A DNA stretch of 64,000 bases, from NCBI GenBank assembly GCA_963422615.1, contig OY730414.1, forward strand, positions 2,464,302 through 2,528,301. The letters are read 5' to 3'. How positions within the stretch are numbered: the first letter of the stretch is position 1; each line of letters starts with the position of its first letter. Shown in pieces: positions 59,386 to 64,000 of the stretch. This stretch comes from Longimicrobiales bacterium. GTDB taxonomy: Bacteria; Gemmatimonadota; Gemmatimonadetes; Longimicrobiales; Gaopeijiaceae. The translations under genes and the position numbers were made by a program. The notes below the pieces were generated by a model that was given only the letters and a program-made list of their open reading frames with translations, was not told the DNA's origin and searched no databases.

Positions 59386-62268
59386 TCAGCGATTTTCGCC
59401 GGCGGTTCGCTGCTCGTAGTCGAAGTGGAGGTCCCGGTTGTCGGTGAGCGCCACTTCGAACATGAAGGTCCAGTTCCCCGTGGCCGTTTGGCGAAACGAG
59501 AAATCGGCCTCCCAGCGGTGCAGATCCCGCTGAAAGCTGATGATATGGTCGTTGAAGACACCCGCTTCCACATTGTACGAGGTGCGCCAGTTTACGGACC
59601 ACTTTTCTGTCGGCTGAAAGGCAAGGGTCGCCTGGAGCATCTGGTTCGCGTCCATGGCGCCACGGGTTCGGGCCAGAGAATAGGACAAGGAGGCGTTCCA
59701 CTCTCCCACATTGTCTTCTCCGCTCCTCTGCGCTCCCTGCTGCCCCCGGTTTCGTTCTTCCCCGAAGCCGGGAACCACGGTCGCCGCTTCCAGACCCACT
59801 GCATCGAAGCCCGACGGATCCGTCAAGTCTTCCGACGCTTCCTCCTCTTGAGATGCGGGCGGCTCCTCTTCTTCGTCCGAACGCCCCCCGAGCCACCGGA
59901 ATAGGGAGGACCGGTTGTTCAAGGAAAACGACAGGTTCACGTTGGACAACTGGGGATCGAACTTCCGGATGCCCCCATCTCCAGTGATCCCCGAGTCGTC
60001 GAAAATGTCGTGTTCCAGGGAGACGGAAAGGCCCCGAAGGTAGTCCGAGCTGACTTGGTTTGAGATCCGCAGGTTATCGGCAAAACCGCGGTTGAAGTGC
60101 CCCAGTTCGCTGGCCTGTTCGAAGTCGTAGGTGACGGCGCTGGTCCGCAACGCCAGGAACATGACCTTCTCCGATCTGGGCAGCCGACGAGGCTCACCCG
60201 GTGAGGCGTCCGGGACCTGAACGGAAGCGGAGTCCTCCTCTTCGTCTCCGACCCGGCCTTCCAGGGTTTGCGTGAGTCCGATTCGAATCTCGTTTATCGG
60301 CTGGATCGCTCGGGAGCCGAAAGTTGCTTCCTGGATCTGCGTCGGTTGGGTCTCGGGCGAATACGCGTAGTCGAAGGTCGGCGAAAACTTGTGACGGATC
60401 CGGTCTCCCCGATAAAAGCCGTAGATGTCGGAATTCAACTGAACGCCCAAGGAAAGGCGTCTTGGGGCAGCCACGAAGCGCCCACCGGCCACCGAAGTGG
60501 TGTCGGAGCGGATGGAGCGCCCCGAGATCGACAATCGGGGCGTAAGGGTCGTGGAACCCACGATGGGCTGTTGGTAGTCGATGGTCGTGGACCAAGTGAG
60601 TTCTTCCGCTTGAAAGTCGGTGTTGGCTCCGGCTTGCTGGAAGAGCACCGACTGCGCCAGGTCGCCTACGCTCCCGATCCCGGCGGCTGGAGGTGCTTCA
60701 GCGGGGTCGAAGAAGTTGGCAGGCAGGTCGCGGGTGATGTTCCGGTTCAGCTCCACGCTCTGGGAGATTGAGAAGGCTCCTGCCGAAAGGGACCCGGAGA
60801 TCCCCCCTCGGATGGCCTCGCTGTCCGTCGACTGAAAGCTGAACTCGGCCTCGCTCAGGTCTTGCTCGGGAAGGTCGCGGAGAGACCGAGAAAGACGGCC
60901 CGACGCCGACAGGGTCATATTGTTGTAGAAGCGGGAGCGGGTCGGGAGGGCAGGGAACAGGGTCAGTGTGGAGAGGGACAGGTTGGCCGTAGGCAACGTC
61001 GTCTCCACCCGGTCTTCCGAAAGGAACTGCCTTCGGTTCGCGCTTACCGACAGGTTCCCCCAGTCGAAGCGCCGGTTCAAGCCCCCCTCCGAATCGATCG
61101 ACTGGGTGACTTCTCGAGGGTCGAAGGAATTCCTGCGAACAAAAGCGGCGCTGGAGGCGTAGCGGGCCGAAATCCGCACCCGGGTGCGTTCCGACAGTTC
61201 CCAGTCGTGATTCGTGTCGAAGGCCAACTCGGAGCCCCCTTCGGAGCGCCAGAACTGGCGGAAGTTGGCTTGACCCTCCAGGAACTGGCGCAGCCATCGG
61301 TACCGGAAGCCACCGGTCACCGCCGCGTAGTTTCCGCTCCACCAGTCCATCCCCAACTGAACGTCGGAGTAGTCACTCATGGCCCAGTAGTAGCCCAAGT
61401 TGGAGACCCGGCGGGAGTAGTTTCCGGAAGTACGTACGATGTCGTTTACCGAAAACCGGATGGGCAGAAGGCCCGAACGGCGTCCCTGGGCCGTGCTCTG
61501 GGCAATAAAGGGAAGCCAGAATACGCCAACGTCCGAAAAGTAGATCAACACGTTTCGAGCAATCAGGGTGCCCCCGGGACTGACCTTGATCTCGCGGGCC
61601 AGGAAGTGGTAGTGGGGATCCTCTTCTTCGCAGCTCGTGAACATCACCTCGTGGCCGTAGGAAACGTCCTCGCTTACCCACGGGAAGTCCCCTTGGACGA
61701 TCCAGTCCCCCATGCCCGAATTCATCTGGGTGCGAACGTCTACCGCCGTTCCCCGGTTCTGGTTCAGGTCGAAGATCAGTCGCCGGGTCAGGACCTCGTC
61801 GCCTGTATCAGGGGAGTAGGCGGCTTCGTTGCCCACCGTGACCAAGCGACCCGTCTTCTCGTCCATCACCAGGGCCGAATCGGCGGAAAGTTCGAACCCC
61901 TGCCGGTTGACCACCGCGTTCTGTCCGTCGCTCCCGCTGATGGTGAGCATTCGGGATTCGGTTTCGAAGCGAGCCGATTCTCCCTGGTACCGGATCAGGT
62001 CGTACCCCTTCAGGGACAGCAGGGTCTGGAGGACGGAATCCTCCGGTGAGACCGTCATTCTGGAACGATCCTCGGCGGAATCAACGGGGACCAACCCGAC
62101 GGAGTCGCCAAGGCGCCGGGTGAGGCGCTCCAGGTGCAGCTTGATCGCCACCTGCAGGGAGTCGGAGACCCCCTCCTGACCCTGGAGCGATGCCCCCGCC
62201 CCGAACAACGCCAGTCCGATCCAACCCACCCCGACCGCACCCCACCCGACCCGTACCCGCCGCACCAT
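59386..62268 (-). CDS. lptD: Putative LPS assembly protein LptD
   Basis: FTSCEEEDPHYHF, FWLPF...RRSGLL, NLGYYW, long beta-barrel, RDLHRWE. Confidence 0.88.
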   Translation of the reverse strand: MVRRVRVGWGAVGVGWIGLALFGAGASLQGQEGVSDSLQVAIKLHLERLTRRLGDSVGLVPVDSAEDRSRMTVSPEDSVLQTLLSLKGYDLIRYQGESARFETESRMLTISGSDGQNAVVNRQGFELSADSALVMDEKTGRLVTVGNEAAYSPDTGDEVLTRRLIFDLNQNRGTAVDVRTQMNSGMGDWIVQGDFPWVSEDVSYGHEVMFTSCEEEDPHYHFLAREIKVSPGGTLIARNVLIYFSDVGVFWLPFIAQSTAQGRRSGLLPIRFSVNDIVRTSGNYSRRVSNLGYYWAMSDYSDVQLGMDWWSGNYAAVTGGFRYRWLRQFLEGQANFRQFWRSEGGSELAFDTNHDWELSERTRVRISARYASSAAFVRRNSFDPREVTQSIDSEGGLNRRFDWGNLSVSANRRQFLSEDRVETTLPTANLSLSTLTLFPALPTRSRFYNNMTLSASGRLSRSLRDLPEQDLSEAEFSFQSTDSEAIRGGISGSLSAGAFSISQSVELNRNITRDLPANFFDPAEAPPAAGIGSVGDLAQSVLFQQAGANTDFQAEELTWSTTIDYQQPIVGSTTLTPRLSISGRSIRSDTTSVAGGRFVAAPRRLSLGVQLNSDIYGFYRGDRIRHKFSPTFDYAYSPETQPTQIQEATFGSRAIQPINEIRIGLTQTLEGRVGDEEEDSASVQVPDASPGEPRRLPRSEKVMFLALRTSAVTYDFEQASELGHFNRGFADNLRISNQVSSDYLRGLSVSLEHDIFDDSGITGDGGIRKFDPQLSNVNLSFSLNNRSSLFRWLGGRSDEEEEPPASQEEEASEDLTDPSGFDAVGLEAATVVPGFGEERNRGQQGAQRSGEDNVGEWNASLSYSLARTRGAMDANQMLQATLAFQPTEKWSVNWRTSYNVEAGVFNDHIISFQRDLHRWEADFSFRQTATGNWTFMFEVALTDNRDLHFDYEQRTAGENR

Positions 62269-62271
62269 GAT

Positions 62272-63387
62272 CTACCCGTCCTCTTCCCCTTCGGTCAAGC
62301 CGCCCTGTGCTGGCGGCTGCCCCCGCTGCTGCCGCGGCACTTCGGTCAGCGGAGAATCCCCGGGGAGCCCCTGGGGGTCCCGTTTCGACGCCTCGGTCCC
62401 GGAGGGCTTGCCTTCCTTCGGAGCGGACGGCGTCCCCTCTGCGCTGACCCGAACGGCCGGATCACCGTGGGTGTACGGACTGGCGGAAACCGTTTCGTCC
62501 GTCCGCCGCTCACCCGGATCGCCAGGAGAAGCCGGACCGGCCCCGGGTGCCCTTGAATCCCTCTCCGCAACCGCGCCTCCGGGAGGCGACGACGCCTCGA
62601 TGGACGCTCGGTGGCTCTCGCGCCTCCGCCACATGACCGCGGAAATCAGGATGCTGATTTCGTATAGGAGGATAAGGGGAACCATCATGAGAATCGTCAC
62701 CATGACCACATCGCCAGGCGAGAGAAGGCTGGCCAGGATCGTGATGATGACGATGGCATGGCGCCGCTTCCGCTTGAGAAACGTCGGGGTCACGAGCCCC
62801 AGCGCGCTCAGGATCAAAACCACCACTGGCAGTTCGAACACGACTCCGAACGCCAGCAACAGTTTCACGACGAAGCCCATATACCCCGTTGCCGTCCAGC
62901 TCGCCTCCATGAATTCGGTCAGGAAGCCCACCAGGAAGCGTAGGGAAATGGGAAGCGCGATGAAGTAGGCCATCGCCACCCCTGCCGCGAAGAGGACCAA
63001 CCCCATGTAGAGGGCAGGAACGATGGCCCGTTTTTCGTGCTTCTCCAGAGCGGGCGAAAGGAACGACCAGAGTTGGTAAATGACGATGGGAGACGCCAGG
63101 ACGACCCCGATGGTCAAGGATACCTTGAGAAAGATGAAGAAGGCGTCGGTCGGCGCCAAATAGATCAGCCGCCATTGGTCTCCGAAGAGCTCTTCGCCGG
63201 GTCTGATCAGCAACGCCAGCACATCCCAGTAGTAGACCATGGCCAAGCCCGCAACAGAGCCCACCACGACGGCCAGGAGACTCCACAAGACCCGCCACCG
63301 AAGCTCTTCCAGGTGCTCGAGAAAGGGCATCTCGGCCTTGGGGTTCAGGGCTTTTCGCAGGAGGAAGCCCTTTTCTAGAATCTTCAT
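62272..63387 (-). CDS. tatC: Twin-arginine translocase TatC with long disordered tail
   Basis: EMPFLEHLEELRWR, YQLWSFLSPAL, FELP, LYEIS. Confidence 0.96.
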   Translation of the reverse strand: MKILEKGFLLRKALNPKAEMPFLEHLEELRWRVLWSLLAVVVGSVAGLAMVYYWDVLALLIRPGEELFGDQWRLIYLAPTDAFFIFLKVSLTIGVVLASPIVIYQLWSFLSPALEKHEKRAIVPALYMGLVLFAAGVAMAYFIALPISLRFLVGFLTEFMEASWTATGYMGFVVKLLLAFGVVFELPVVVLILSALGLVTPTFLKRKRRHAIVIITILASLLSPGDVVMVTILMMVPLILLYEISILISAVMWRRRESHRASIEASSPPGGAVAERDSRAPGAGPASPGDPGERRTDETVSASPYTHGDPAVRVSAEGTPSAPKEGKPSGTEASKRDPQGLPGDSPLTEVPRQQRGQPPAQGGLTEGEEDG

Positions 63388-63568
63388 TGGACTGCACCCA
63401 TTCGTCCTGCATCCCGCTCGTCGGCCCGGAGGAGGGTAAGGAACTGATCCCGGACGCTTAGGCCGCCCACCATTCCGGGAAACCTCGCAAGGTCCGGGAA
63501 GCTCCGGTCAACCCCCGCCTGGGAAGGGGGGTAGGCGGCCCTGCGGAGGCCTCCGTCACGAGCCCCCG

Positions 63569-64000
63569 TCAGGGAATCTCTTGGAGCCGCTGTCGGGCCA
63601 AAGCAGCAAATCTATGGTCGCCATACGACCCGACCAACCGCTCCAAATACCGGCGCGCCTGGCCAAAGTCCTCCATCTCCAAGTAGAGTAACCCGGCCCG
63701 GAAAAGGGCACTGGCAACCTCTTCCGAGGCGGGGAAGAGTTCGGGAACCCGGAGGAAAATCGCAACCGCCTCTTCCAGGCGGTTCTCCTGGCTCGACAGT
63801 TCGCCCAAATGGAGGTAGGCGGAAGGGGTGAGCTCATGGTTCGGGTATTCTTCAATGAATCGGTTGAACCCCATTCGGGCAACGGTGAAGTTCCCGCGGT
63901 TGAGGTTCTGCACGGAGGCATTGTAATCCGCCTCCGGTGGACTGGAAGTTCCAGAGTCGGGGGTTCCCTGCCTCTGCGGAACGACTTCGCCGGTTTCCTG
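63569..64000 (-). CDS. TPR protein, CpoB/YbgF-like (C-terminal part; start lies beyond right edge)
   Basis: YNASVQNLNRGNF, FIEEYPNH, AYLHLGE, ALFRAG, ARQRL. Confidence 0.8.
   Translation of the reverse strand, partial: QETGEVVPQRQGTPDSGTSSPPEADYNASVQNLNRGNFTVARMGFNRFIEEYPNHELTPSAYLHLGELSSQENRLEEAVAIFLRVPELFPASEEVASALFRAGLLYLEMEDFGQARRYLERLVGSYGDHRFAALARQRLQEIP

Overview
High-GC bacterial chromosome segment. Gene order and protein style suggest Gemmatimonadota (inference, no database search). The left ~15.7 kb is accessory. It opens with the 5' end of a type I-G (I-U) cas3 that runs off the window edge and is absent from the ORF track, then a dienelactone hydrolase-TPR fusion lipoprotein and a sigma54-driven OMP/secreted-protein pair. 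Next is a CcdA-TlpA redox pair facing an exported peroxiredoxin-like selenoprotein (in-frame UGA plus SECIS-like hairpin, split in two by the ORF track). A compact export cassette follows (beta-propeller lipoprotein, CxxS thioredoxin-like protein, six-Cys exported protein, its own signal peptidase I), preceded by a collapsed relic of a paralogous propeller gene, and then a PQQ/Vgb-like/Reeler-like trio. The remaining ~48 kb is mostly housekeeping: ahcY, rex, rsmA, pta, coaD, rsmD, recJ, dnaG, mutS2, dnaJ, hrcA, hemW, dprA, obgE, S41 protease, tmk, ino1 plus a PIP-synthase-like gene, prmC, prfA, rimO, lolA, ftsK, comB, accBC, efp, PPIase, tatA/C, ftcD, lptD and a cpoB-like gene. Two genes are disrupted (yqeY-like and aroQ). 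I saw no CRISPR array, rRNA, tRNA, transposase or integrase. All calls come from motifs read by eye, and many start codons are best estimates.
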